This document shows, piece after piece, positions 29,101 through 37,973 of a DNA stretch of 64,000 nucleotides; within the stretch, counting starts at the first letter, position 1; each line of letters starts with the position of its first letter. The stretch comes from Candidatus Lloydbacteria bacterium RIFCSPHIGHO2_02_FULL_50_18 (GTDB lineage Bacteria > Patescibacteriota > Minisyncoccia > Phycocordibacterales > UBA6899): the NCBI GenBank assembly GCA_001821395.1, contig MHLM01000004.1, positions 1 to 64,000 on the forward strand. Direction: 5' to 3'. The position numbers were made by a program, and so were the translations under genes. The notes beneath the pieces are model-generated. The model was given only the letters and a program-made list of their open reading frames with translations. It made no database searches and had not been told where the DNA came from.

Positions 29101-31747
29101 ATCCGGCGTGAATAAGAAATTTTATGATGCCGCATCCGGAGGAAGCATTGTTTCGTCGATCGTCATCTCCGGCGGGCAATCATCGGGGAATGTGTGGTAC
29201 TACGATGAACTAGGAGGAGAATGGACGATCACCGTATCCGATAATGCAGGAGGCCCCGATGGGAATGCTGGGGTCAATGATGCCATCGACTTACTCCAGG
29301 TAAACGCGGGTTTCGTGTCTAAATTCTTATTCAATGATCCTGGTGATATGATGGCAGGCACCCGACTTGCATATACCGTTACTCGTAAAGATCAGTTCGA
29401 TAATCTTGCCTCAGTCGGCATCACCCCCGCCTATCTTTACAGCGATTCTACCGGCACCAGCGCTCCTCAATTCTACGATTCCGCGATCGGGGGAAGCGTC
29501 ATCTCCATTCTTTCAATTCCGAACGGCTCTTCGACTGTATCCGTTTGGTATTCCGATCCGAACCCCGGGACTTGGACGGTTACCGCGTCCGATCACGCGA
29601 CCGCTCCGGACGGAGCGGCGGGTATCATTGATGCTACTGATGCGGTGGTCGTTGGTGCCGCCCCCATCGTTGCAACGCGATTCGTGATCAGACCATCGGT
29701 GAATGGAACAGTAGATGCACCGATTACGGTCACTGTGCGTGCGGAAGACGCAAACGGAAATGTTGATACGTCGTATCAAGAAGATGTGACGTTGAATGCA
29801 GATGGTTCTGCCTCAGGTGACGGACTAGTGAATATCGTCAACGGCGTTGGCACTATCGCGCTCGCTGATACTGTTCCGGAAGATGTGAATCTTTCGCTCA
29901 CTGACAGCGAAGCAACCGGTCTCGATTTCTCGTCAATGCGGGTAGTGACCTTTGCTCCCGGTGCCGTCGCACAATTCTTGCTTGATAATCCGGGTGATGC
30001 TGCTGCCGGTATGCGCATCGCATACAATGTCACACGTCTAGATCAGTATGGTAACTCGGTGTCATCCGGGGCAACAACGGTTCATCTCTATAGCACGTCA
30101 GACGGAGTGAATAAAAAGTTCTATGATGCGGCGATCGGAGGCAGCGCGATCACGTCGATCGTCATTCCGAACGGTTTCTCTTCCGTCGGATTCTGGCAGT
30201 ACGATGAAAAGAGCGGCAACTGGTTCGTTACGGCTTCCGATAATGCTACGGTACCCGACGGTGCGGACAATATAGATGATGCGAGCGACGCCATCACCGT
30301 GCAACCGGCAGCCCTTGCGGCATTTGTGCTTAATGAACCGGGAAATATGACCGCGGGTACGCGACTGGGCTACACGGTCACGCGCCGGGACCAATTCGAG
30401 AACCAGGTTACGAGTGGTGTGGCTCTTGCATATCTCTACTCATCTTCACCTGCGACGACAACTGCGTTCTATGCGGCAGCGACCGGAGGGTCACCAACGA
30501 CCTTTATCACCATCAATGACGGCAATGCGGTCGGTAATTTCTGGTACTACGATGAGACGGACGGCACTTGGCTTGTGACCGTCTCTGATTCGGCCGTCGC
30601 GCCTGATGGTGCCGTCGGTGTACGTGATGGGTCTGACCTGGTATCAGTGAGCGCAACGCCAATCACGGCAACTCGTTTCGTGATCCTTCCCGTATCATCG
30701 GTGCAGGTAGGCTCGCCTGCGACGGTTACCGTGGAGGCACAGGATAATGCGGGGAATATTGATACTACCTACCAGTCTGATGTGATGCTTCATGCAAGCG
30801 GATCGGCGACCGGAGACGGACTGGTGAACATCGTGAATGGCGTGGGGACAATGACCCTCAGGGATGCAGTTGCGGAAGCAGTTACATTGTCGCTTTCTGA
30901 CACGGAAGACACTCTTCTTGATGTGTCTTCGACTCGGCTGCTTACCTTTACCGCGACCCCTGTTGTTCCATCGTCAGGTGGTATCGGGAGCACTGCATCC
31001 ACCCCGGCACCGGCCCCCTTCGTTCCACGCGTTACGGGAGTGCAGATCTCGGGGGTAGCATTTCCGCAAGCATTCATCCATGTTCTTGCGACCTCGGGAG
31101 AAGGATCGGCAATGCAAGGTCAAACGACTGCTACTGCGAACGGCTCGTTCTCATTGTTGTTGAAAAATGTGAAAGTAGGTGCCGGCTCCTACGGTATCAT
31201 CGGCATTGATAAGCTTGGATTCACAACTCAGACGAGAGTGTTCAACGCGAATTATGCGAATAAAGATACATTGCTCGATCTCGGTGCGCTACTGCTTTCT
31301 CCAACACTCAATCTCGTTCATCCGACGGTGCGAAAGAGCGATGTAGTGGGATTTGTGGGGATGGCGGGACCAAGGTACGCTGTTGACGTAGAGATTGACG
31401 GAGAGTCCGCAACTGCTCGTACCGTAGCGTCTGCTGACGGCTCCTACAAGGTACTCTTCCCGACCGGCGAACTCGCGCTGGGTAGTCATACGGTTCGAGT
31501 GCGCCAGACATCACCAAGCGGTAAACAGAGTGAAAATTCACCTCAAAAGATATTCACCGTTACAAGCCTTTTCACTCCGCAGACTGATTTTAATCAAGAT
31601 GGTATAATCAATGTACAAGACTGGAGCATCTTCATCTCACGATGGATGTCTTCTATCGAGGCGACGCGTCTGCTTGATGACCTGAATAATGACGGTAAAG
31701 TGGATGTCTCGGATCTCAGCATCTTCGTTCGCACAATTAAAAGATAG
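26129..31747 (+). CDS. giant repetitive cell-surface protein (Thr/Gly/Ala-rich beta-repeat N-region, Ig-like tandem domains, C-terminal dockerin-like double calcium-binding repeat)
   Basis: Signal peptide after MKKKIS (RBS GAAGGT); internal repeats; C-terminal DFNQDGIINVQDWSIF...DLNNDGKVDVSDLSIF matches the dockerin repeat pattern. Confidence 0.85.
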   Translation: MKKKISAFSFAILCAVILFFGGANTAMAAARVASVSGNWSSTATWGGLSVPTSADTVTINSGITVTIDIAAAASTLTFAAVTTNSAVNISGTNSLAVTGLVSMPRPSTGRTATIAVGAGTFNAGSLTMSATTLGRNDILSISTGTATIAGTITTGTTGCQLTLTDAGTLNIGGNFTSTPTLTTFTGSMVNYYGNATQTIRPIIYSNLTLSGAGTKNFPAAATVNGNLTLSGTVTSTTAAAEIIGGNLDVGAGATFRTGTTNTWTLGVTGTTNVTGTLTLANTGTKTFTGAVTLNSGSTWSETGIAAVTFNDDLTNNATTFMANTGTHTFGGITHTLSGATTIAIPGTATFTGPYANNGTLTAATLSAIGGTAVLTNNGTITVSTALSGSGGFTQGTMGALNHGGSTIAITIFEASAVGNTVNYTDAAQTVRAVAYDNLILSGSAAKSMAPGTSVAGNLSIAPTGSASASIAAGQNISVDTLTLGGAGKSDGTWGSTSSTATNQNNTYFAPTTGILTVTTDSRVPQVALTATASLSTVSYGSTSTLSSTGGSGTGAVSFSVGASTGCSITGGAILNVTNVSGTCAVTATKAGDDTYKPASSSPLTVTLTKATPILSVTNSPVTYNGTSQSATVTGSVSGTPSNIKYDGSGTAPTNAGTYAVTANFTPADTTNYFSLTDASAGSFVITKVTPTLSVTNSPVAYDAAPHAATVSGSVAGSASAILTGGAASQTNAGTYAVTANFTPADTTNYFSLTDASAGDFVITGVDQTITLDALSDKMLGDPDFVVSATSSSGLTVSFSSLTTSVCTVTDPTVHLVSVGTCTIRAAQGGSGNYNPAPNVDQSFSVNHPATKFVILPPTDGTTDAPVTVTIQAQKADNNIDTSYQDDVTLGTTGSASGGGLVDIENGIGTKNISDIMAESITLSLDDSELTGLDFSSTQPLVFHAGATAQFSLSHPATLAAGERAPYVVTRQDQYGNNTASATSTVYFFSSSSGVNKKFYDAASGGSIVSSIVISGGQSSGNVWYYDELGGEWTITVSDNAGGPDGNAGVNDAIDLLQVNAGFVSKFLFNDPGDMMAGTRLAYTVTRKDQFDNLASVGITPAYLYSDSTGTSAPQFYDSAIGGSVISILSIPNGSSTVSVWYSDPNPGTWTVTASDHATAPDGAAGIIDATDAVVVGAAPIVATRFVIRPSVNGTVDAPITVTVRAEDANGNVDTSYQEDVTLNADGSASGDGLVNIVNGVGTIALADTVPEDVNLSLTDSEATGLDFSSMRVVTFAPGAVAQFLLDNPGDAAAGMRIAYNVTRLDQYGNSVSSGATTVHLYSTSDGVNKKFYDAAIGGSAITSIVIPNGFSSVGFWQYDEKSGNWFVTASDNATVPDGADNIDDASDAITVQPAALAAFVLNEPGNMTAGTRLGYTVTRRDQFENQVTSGVALAYLYSSSPATTTAFYAAATGGSPTTFITINDGNAVGNFWYYDETDGTWLVTVSDSAVAPDGAVGVRDGSDLVSVSATPITATRFVILPVSSVQVGSPATVTVEAQDNAGNIDTTYQSDVMLHASGSATGDGLVNIVNGVGTMTLRDAVAEAVTLSLSDTEDTLLDVSSTRLLTFTATPVVPSSGGIGSTASTPAPAPFVPRVTGVQISGVAFPQAFIHVLATSGEGSAMQGQTTATANGSFSLLLKNVKVGAGSYGIIGIDKLGFTTQTRVFNANYANKDTLLDLGALLLSPTLNLVHPTVRKSDVVGFVGMAGPRYAVDVEIDGESATARTVASADGSYKVLFPTGELALGSHTVRVRQTSPSGKQSENSPQKIFTVTSLFTPQTDFNQDGIINVQDWSIFISRWMSSIEATRLLDDLNNDGKVDVSDLSIFVRTIKR
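27940..28440 (+). repeat. in-frame tandem repeats of ~231 nt (77 aa) inside the giant gene
   Basis: Near-identical DNA at 28111-28220 and 28342-28440. Confidence 0.6.
28675..31000 (+). repeat. three ~1-kb (about 333-aa) tandem domain repeats inside the giant gene
   Basis: Blocks beginning ATKFVILPPTDG (28675), ATRFVIRPSVNG (29677), ATRFVILPVSSV (30670), each with a conserved VNIVNGVGT / FYDAAIGGS subdomain. Confidence 0.6.
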
Positions 31748-31758
31748 CAATCATTGTC

Positions 31759-33480
31759 ATGTCGCATCAGTACACCGGTATGTCTGTCGGGCAACATCTC
31801 CTTTTTGGTGTGATTGCCGCCATCTTCGCTTTTTCTGCCCCAGTAATGGCGTCTGCCGCATCATACGATCTTACTGTCGATAAAGACACTTTCGTCATCG
31901 GGGACACGTTCAATGTCGATGTAAAAATAGCAAGTGCTGATGTGGGTATCAATGCTGCTCAGGCGACCATCACCTACCCCAACGATATCCTCCTGGTGAC
32001 CAATCTCGACAAAGGGAATTCCGCATTCAATTTTTGGCTTCAGGGTCCTGAATACGCCAACGAAACCGGACGAGTGACATTCATTGGAGGAAGCCAGAAC
32101 AGTATCTCAGGGAAAGCTCTTCCCGTGCTCCGGATCACTTTCAAGGTGAAAGGGGCTGGACCGATCGCGATCATCTTTTCTGACGGTGCGGTTACCGCGA
32201 GCGACGGAAGCGGTACGAACGTCCTTTCCGCGATGAACGGCCTGCATCTAACAAGCATCACGAAGCAGGATGCAACGTTCATTAAACCTCCCCAGATCGA
32301 ACGCCCGGCAACGCCGTCGGTCGTGCTACCCGTGAAGCCGGTGATCACCGTCCCCCTCTACCCGGAACAGGAAAAATGGAGCAATGTATCCGCACGATTC
32401 TTTGTAAGTTGGAAATTGCCGTCCGATGTCACCGCGGTTGCAGTGGCGCTCAATAAGACCCCTCTTTCATCACCAGCGGTGTCGGAAGGACTTTTCGAAC
32501 TCAAAGAGTTCGCTCCGCTTCAGGATGGGGTCTATTATCTTCATGCGCGCTTTATGAACGACGAAGGATGGGGGAAGGCCCTCCATTATCGTATCGCTGT
32601 CGACACACTGCCCCCACCGCTTTTTAAGATCGACATTGCCGCACTGAGCGATAATCCTACTCCAACAGTGGTCACAAACGTGGAGGATGCGCTTTCGGGT
32701 ATCTCTAGCGTAGTATTTCTTGTTGATGACAAGGAAGTACTTCAAACTGCAAGTACGTCAGCAAAACTGCCCCCCGTAGGTCCAGGATCGCACGTATTGC
32801 GGGTGAAAGTCATTGACCGTGCGGGGAATAGCTCCGAGGAGAGCACCTCATTTGAGATCACACCGCTTCCGACGCCGATCATAGAATTTCTTTCCGTTTC
32901 TGCTACCCTCGAAGAACCCGTTATTGCACTTGGAAAATCCATTCCAAATGCATTCATTGATGTCAGCGTATTGAACGCTCTGCAACAGGAGATATTGAAG
33001 GATACCGTTGAAAGTGACACTTCAGGAGTCTGGAGAGTGAACCTAGGGCAATCGCTCCATTCTGGGAAATACACGCTTGCGGTAACCGCTCGGGACGTGC
33101 GTGGGGCATTAAGCTATCCCACCAAAGACGGAGCATTCAGGGTGCGACCGCAAGTGGTGCTGTCGTTCGGAGGGCTTATCGATCTTAGTTGGTTGGAGAT
33201 ATTTCTTATCACATTAGTCTTCATTATCGTTGGAGGAGGTCTTGCCGCATGGCGCTATGTTTCGGAGAAGCGGGTTCGAGAAGCGTACAAGATCGTCGTG
33301 AGCCAGGATGTTGAAAAGTTTGGCTCCATGCTCTCGTCTTCTCTGAAAGAACTTGGGGCCATACAAAGAGTTCCCGAGCCGGGTCGGTCAGCAAAGGTAG
33401 CGTCACTCGTTGCATCGATGAAAGATCGGGTCGCAAAATTGAAAAAGTATATCGGTACGGAGGTGAGTAAAATGAAGTAA
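31759..33480 (+). CDS. cohesin-like domain membrane-anchored surface protein (signal peptide, N-terminal cohesin-like beta-sandwich, Ig-like domains, C-terminal TM anchor)
   Basis: N-terminal region YDLTVDKDTFVIGDTFNVDVKIASADVGINAAQATITYPNDILLV...VLRITFKVKGAG resembles cohesin modules; C-terminal TM helix + basic tail. Confidence 0.6.
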   Translation: MSHQYTGMSVGQHLLFGVIAAIFAFSAPVMASAASYDLTVDKDTFVIGDTFNVDVKIASADVGINAAQATITYPNDILLVTNLDKGNSAFNFWLQGPEYANETGRVTFIGGSQNSISGKALPVLRITFKVKGAGPIAIIFSDGAVTASDGSGTNVLSAMNGLHLTSITKQDATFIKPPQIERPATPSVVLPVKPVITVPLYPEQEKWSNVSARFFVSWKLPSDVTAVAVALNKTPLSSPAVSEGLFELKEFAPLQDGVYYLHARFMNDEGWGKALHYRIAVDTLPPPLFKIDIAALSDNPTPTVVTNVEDALSGISSVVFLVDDKEVLQTASTSAKLPPVGPGSHVLRVKVIDRAGNSSEESTSFEITPLPTPIIEFLSVSATLEEPVIALGKSIPNAFIDVSVLNALQQEILKDTVESDTSGVWRVNLGQSLHSGKYTLAVTARDVRGALSYPTKDGAFRVRPQVVLSFGGLIDLSWLEIFLITLVFIIVGGGLAAWRYVSEKRVREAYKIVVSQDVEKFGSMLSSSLKELGAIQRVPEPGRSAKVASLVASMKDRVAKLKKYIGTEVSKMK

Positions 33481-33504
33481 GAATTATTTCTTTGTTCAAC
33501 AAAA

Positions 33505-33529
33505 ACCAGCATGACAGTGCTGGTTTTTT
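33505..33529 (+). terminator. rho-independent terminator
   Basis: accagca-tgacag-tgctggt then TTTTTT. Confidence 0.65.
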
Positions 33530-33673
33530 ATGTGCGGAGGGGGCGAGATGTTCGACGCCTACTGCGTCAGTACCCGTTTCCCATTTTCTCAACATAAGAA
33601 TGTCTCGAAAATAGGGGAGAACGGCTTCGAATCTCGCACGAAAGTCGAGCAGTCGACTTTCTCTCCTCCGCAT

Positions 33674-33707
33674 AAAAAAATCACGCTCATGCGAGCGGAT
33701 TTTTAAA
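33674..33707 (-). terminator. hairpin + T-run immediately downstream of the minus-strand type II tRNA
   Basis: Minus strand ccgctcgcatgagcg followed by ATTTTTTT. Confidence 0.45.
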
Positions 33708-33796
33708 TGCGGAGGGGGCGAGATTCGAACTCGCGGACCGTTTAACGGGTCGACAGTTTAGTAAACTGTTGATTTAAACCACTCATCCACCCCTCC
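33708..33796 (-). tRNA. type II (long variable arm) tRNA, Ser-like; anticodon loop TTACTAA gives nominal anticodon ACU (unusual); CA after the discriminator
   Basis: Hand-folded: acceptor GGAGGGG/CCCCTCC, 3-bp D-stem, anticodon stem ACAGT/ACTGT, long arm, T-arm GCGAG-TTCGAAT-CTCGC. Confidence 0.5.
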
Positions 33797-33829
33797 CTGA
33801 TTCCTGTACTGTAGCATAAAATGCAGCCA

Positions 33830-34360
33830 TGAAAGAGAGAGGGCGGGAATTGGTCACAAGTCATACCATCTCCAGTTAACTCTTTCTGCTCACAGAAGTT
33901 TCAAAGGTCAGTCCTTGGCCCTGCCTGCGCAGGCAGGTTTGAAAGGTCTCTCCTTGGAAACTGATTCGGAAGACCTTAACGAGAGATGGTATCACTAAGC
34001 GTATGCGGAGCAAGGCTCCTTATCCGTTAAGTGCACCACGGAGAGGGCGGGAATTTCTCGGCTTACAGCCGCAATACACCTTTGCGATTTATTCAGCATA
34101 AGAATGCTTCACAAATATCACCACGAGGAGTACTTCATTTTTCTAAGACGGAGTACCGTTAAGAAAAATTGGTCGCGCAAAGCTTTTCGAATCTCTTTGC
34201 GAGAGGGCGGATGCGGTCACGAGTTACTAAGCTTTTTATTTCGCTTCGCTCATAAAAATCTAAGTACTCTCGACCCCGACTCGGCTACGACCTTCGACGA
34301 GCTCAGGTCGGCTTCGCGCCTCCGTCTTTCGAATCCCGCCCTCTCGCGCAATGGCATATT
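33830..34360. repeat. array of partial copies of the tRNA-Ser 3' end, plus an 18-bp palindrome cctgcctgc|gcaggcagg at 33920-33937
   Basis: Copies at 33831-33860, 34038-34066 and 34199-34230 are direct (same orientation as the gene); 34340-34356 is inverted. Confidence 0.55.
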
Positions 34361-34381
34361 AAAAAAGACCTTTCGGTCATT

Positions 34382-34471
34382 TTTAAGCCATTGGCGGAGA
34401 GGGCGGGATTCGAACCCGCGAGGGGTTTTATCCCCTGCCACGTTAGCAGTGTGGTGCCTTCAGCCGCTCGG
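34382..34471 (-). tRNA. tRNA-Ser (anticodon GCU), CCA encoded
   Basis: Hand-folded type II cloverleaf: acceptor GGAGAGG/CCTCTCC, loop CTGCTAA, long arm, T-arm GCGGG-TTCGAAT-CCCGC. Confidence 0.8.
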
Positions 34472-34581
34472 CCACCTCTCCAAAATATTATTGCTCATGT
34501 AACTTAGCATATTGAGCGCTACTTATCAAAGTACCCCAAGAGAAAGCAGCATTTGGGAAGTTCTGGCTATTTCCCGCGAAC

Positions 34582-35271
34582 ATGCTAATTTGTGTCGAGA
34601 ACTATTTATGGGGGTTTCACGTGGATCTTTGTCATCTCGCGGTAGAAAAAAACGTGCGGGCGTTCATGAATATTATTGTGGAGACTTGCCGCAGGCTTGA
34701 CGTCGAGGTACTCCTCTGCGAGGGTGATCGTGTTGAATATGGCGGTATTTACAGCAATGGATATTTTGGCAACATAAGCCCTCTCTCTGTGCGTTACGCA
34801 GTTGCCGTTGGAAAGCCGACGTCTCTGTGGCTTCCTGTTGCGCTGCATGAATTCTGTCACTTGGAACAATGGGCTGAGGGCGCTCCCGTTTGGATCGATC
34901 AGGAGTTTTCAAAGACAATGTGTGCCTTTGATCTGGTGATGGAATGGTGTGGGGGTAAGGACCTGTCAAAAGAAGAGGTAATCCGACTTGTTCGCCTTGC
35001 GCGCGAGTTGGAGCGGGATTGTGAAGAACGCGCACTCCGGAAGATCACGCAGTTTGAGCTTCCGCTCGATCCTCTCGAGTACACACAAAAGGCAAATAGC
35101 TATTTGTTCTTTTATACCGCCATGATTGAGACGAAACAATGGTACGTCCGTGCGCCGTATGAGGTTCCCGAAGTGTGGACGTTGATGCCCACCATACTTT
35201 TGCCGGCGGGCGATTACGATACGCTTCCTGGGGAATACCTCGAGGCATTCAAGAAGCATCTCTTTGCATAG
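34582..35271 (+). CDS. hypothetical protein with HExxH-like motif (HEFCH)
   Basis: Complete ORF, start uncertain (alternative ATG 34666); no family recognised. Confidence 0.4.
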   Translation: MLICVENYLWGFHVDLCHLAVEKNVRAFMNIIVETCRRLDVEVLLCEGDRVEYGGIYSNGYFGNISPLSVRYAVAVGKPTSLWLPVALHEFCHLEQWAEGAPVWIDQEFSKTMCAFDLVMEWCGGKDLSKEEVIRLVRLARELERDCEERALRKITQFELPLDPLEYTQKANSYLFFYTAMIETKQWYVRAPYEVPEVWTLMPTILLPAGDYDTLPGEYLEAFKKHLFA

Positions 35272-35292
35272 CCGCGATATATTCGCGGTTTT

Positions 35293-35961
35293 TTAATGCG
35301 CGACGGCAAGCGCAAGAATACGCTTCGGTTTCCAGACCCTTACGACCCGCCGCGCCTCACTCATCGTGGCGCCGGTGGTGATGACATCGTCGATAAGGAT
35401 GACCGTTTTTCCGAATAGTTTTTCGCCGTCGCGGATGTCGAATGCATTGGCGACATTTTGGGCGCGCTTTACTCTTCCTCTCGCTTTTACCTGCTGGAGG
35501 ACCTCTTTCTTCTTATAGAGCACGTTTCTTGGGGCGGAGATGCGCATCCCATCCGCCTTTCCGCATTTTACGATAGTTTCGGCGATGATCGCTGCATGGT
35601 TGTACCCGCGCGACGCAAGCGCTTTCTTATTCGCAGGAATAGGGAGCAGTATGATCTCTTCACCAAGATGTTTCCCCCCTTTTATGAGCTGCTTGAAGAA
35701 TTCACGATAGAGTGCCGTTCCGAAATATCGTCCAAGCGCACGCCTCCGGTGGTATTTGAGTGCCCAGATCGCTTTTTTGACAAGTGGTTGTTGATAGTCA
35801 AAGAGTATCGCCGTCGTCCCCGAAAGCGCCTTCGCTTTTGTGGTAATCGCGCGTTCGCAGATGGCGCAGAGAGCGCTTCCTTCCCGACCACAGCCGATAC
35901 ACCGTTCGGGGAAAATAAACGAAAGAATGTCTTCCCATATCATATTTACCACAGTGTACAT
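35293..35961 (-). CDS. comF: ComF family protein (phosphoribosyltransferase-type competence protein)
   Basis: N-terminal CxxC...CxxC zinc finger, C-terminal PRTase motif VILIDDVITTGAT. Confidence 0.8.
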   Translation of the reverse strand: MYTVVNMIWEDILSFIFPERCIGCGREGSALCAICERAITTKAKALSGTTAILFDYQQPLVKKAIWALKYHRRRALGRYFGTALYREFFKQLIKGGKHLGEEIILLPIPANKKALASRGYNHAAIIAETIVKCGKADGMRISAPRNVLYKKKEVLQQVKARGRVKRAQNVANAFDIRDGEKLFGKTVILIDDVITTGATMSEARRVVRVWKPKRILALAVAH

Positions 35962-36059
35962 GCCTTTATCGTCCCCGCAAGGTGGTACGCTGGCGTTCTC
36001 GCTCTTGTAGTCCCCACCTCGACTTCACTATTGATTTTATGCCGTGGTATGATTGTGTC

Positions 36060-37175
36060 ATGCCGAATCCGTTTGAAAAATTACTTGCCTCGTTCGCACC
36101 AAAAAAAGGGGGGAATGGCGTCGTGGGGGTGGACATTGGAAGCGCATTCATTAAGGTCGTAGAGTTGCACAAAAAGAATGGTAAGGCGGTGCTCGATACC
36201 TACGGCGAGATCGCTCTTGGTCCGCTTGCATCCCTTGAGGTTGGACAGGCGACAAACCTCACGACGGACAAGCTCGTTGAAGCGACGAATGATCTCTTTC
36301 TTGAAGCCAACGTCAAAAGTCGAAATCTCGTTTTTTCCCTTCCGCTTACATCGACCTTGGTGACGGTCATTGAAATGCCCGATGTCGGAGAGGCTAAATT
36401 GAAAGACATGATCCCGATGGAGGCGCGAAAGTATATCCCAACGTCTGTATCTGAAGTATCACTTTCACATTGGGTTATACCGAAGATCTCGCGTACCTAT
36501 ATCGATCCTGATAAGGCTGATGCGGAAAAAGGGGCACCTGCGAAGGTGGATGTGCTCCTTGCCGCAGTGCACAATGATGTGTTGGCAAAATACACCGATA
36601 TCGCCAAAAAACTTGGTGCAACGGCAACCGCATTTGAGATCGAGATATTTTCTACTATCCGTTCAACGATGAGCCGTGATACTACGGCGACGATGGTCGT
36701 TGATATCGGGGCGGGAAATACAAAGATCGCGATCGTTGAAGAAGGCGTTTTGCGGAGTTCTCATCTTATTAACGTAGGGTCCCAAGACGCAACGCTTGCA
36801 CTTTCACGTGCAAAAAGCATCAGCCTCCTCAGGGCGGAGGAGATAAAGCGCGAGTTCGGACTCTTGGGTGATCCGTCGGATGCATCGATCGCGGAGATCA
36901 CACGACTAGCTGTGGAACGCATCTTTTCCGAAGCAAGCCGAATTATGATGAACTACCAGCATGAAAAGCGCGTCAGTATCAATCGTGTCGTGCTTTCCGG
37001 AGGAGGGGTACTCATGAAGGGTGTCATGGATCTTGCGCAAAAAAGTTTTGAGACGACGGTGGTTAATGGTGATCCGTTTGCAAAGGTTGAGTCGCCTGCC
37101 GCCATCACTCCGCTCCTCAAGGAGTCCGGACCTGAGTTTGCGGTCGCCATTGGACTTGCGCTTCGAAATCTGTAG
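36060..37175 (+). CDS. pilM: type IV pilus assembly protein PilM (actin-like ATPase)
   Basis: VGVDIGSAFIKVVEL N-terminal actin fold start, DIGAGNTKIAIVE second phosphate motif; start trimmed to ATG 36060. Confidence 0.85.
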   Translation: MPNPFEKLLASFAPKKGGNGVVGVDIGSAFIKVVELHKKNGKAVLDTYGEIALGPLASLEVGQATNLTTDKLVEATNDLFLEANVKSRNLVFSLPLTSTLVTVIEMPDVGEAKLKDMIPMEARKYIPTSVSEVSLSHWVIPKISRTYIDPDKADAEKGAPAKVDVLLAAVHNDVLAKYTDIAKKLGATATAFEIEIFSTIRSTMSRDTTATMVVDIGAGNTKIAIVEEGVLRSSHLINVGSQDATLALSRAKSISLLRAEEIKREFGLLGDPSDASIAEITRLAVERIFSEASRIMMNYQHEKRVSINRVVLSGGGVLMKGVMDLAQKSFETTVVNGDPFAKVESPAAITPLLKESGPEFAVAIGLALRNL

Positions 37176-37265
37176 TCGAGATCAAAAACCCGCATCTCTT
37201 TTTACTCAACTGTAGACAACTTCCTCGCAAAGTTTCTCTATTTCTTGTAAAATAAGGGTCTAGGA

Positions 37266-37973
37266 ATGCAAAATTCATTCGATACATCATTTATTCCGCA
37301 ACAGCCACTGCTTAAGGTGGCGGGGTTTGACCGCCGTCGCGAGTCGCTGAATCTCGCAATAGTGCTTTCGCTTGGCGCGTTTTTTATCGTACTTTTTGTC
37401 GCGGTGGGCGTCTATTTCTTTCATCGGAAGGTAGTGGGAGAGGTGCTTGCGCTTGCCGTGGAACTAGAGGATAAAGAAAAATTGATCGACATCGACGAGA
37501 TCGATCGTCTTAAGAGCGTCGATCTTCGTATCGTGGCAGCAAAAAATCTACTTCAAGATCATACGGTATTTACGATCATTCTTAATTTTCTGGAGGCGGG
37601 AACACTGAAAAACATAGGAATAACATCACTTTCCTACGCAAATAGTCCAGGCGGTTCTATTGTAAGTCTCGTCGCAGAGGCGCCAACCTACGAAGCGGTT
37701 TATTCGCAGGGAGAAACGTGGAGGAGCATGAAACCATTGGTTGAGAAAGTCGATATCTCCTCGGTTGTTCTTGCGGAAGCAACCGGTGTTGTTACTTTTA
37801 TTACAAAGATCACGATCAATCATGGTTTGACGCGTTATGCTGAATTTTTGAAGTCGGAAAAGATGAGTAAAAATGAGGAAATTACCGAGCCGGGTATTAT
37901 TCCGGTAATGAATGACCAATTCGAATTAGACGGAACGACATCATCCATACCAGTTAGTCCAGCCGCGCTATGA
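37266..37973 (+). CDS. PilN-like pilus assembly protein (single TM, coiled coil)
   Basis: Position after pilM, bitopic topology. Confidence 0.5.
   Translation: MQNSFDTSFIPQQPLLKVAGFDRRRESLNLAIVLSLGAFFIVLFVAVGVYFFHRKVVGEVLALAVELEDKEKLIDIDEIDRLKSVDLRIVAAKNLLQDHTVFTIILNFLEAGTLKNIGITSLSYANSPGGSIVSLVAEAPTYEAVYSQGETWRSMKPLVEKVDISSVVLAEATGVVTFITKITINHGLTRYAEFLKSEKMSKNEEITEPGIIPVMNDQFELDGTTSSIPVSPAAL

Noticed and set aside
34104-34502. 132-aa plus-strand ORF
   Set aside because: Overlaps tRNA-Ser and the tRNA-fragment repeat array; no coding signal
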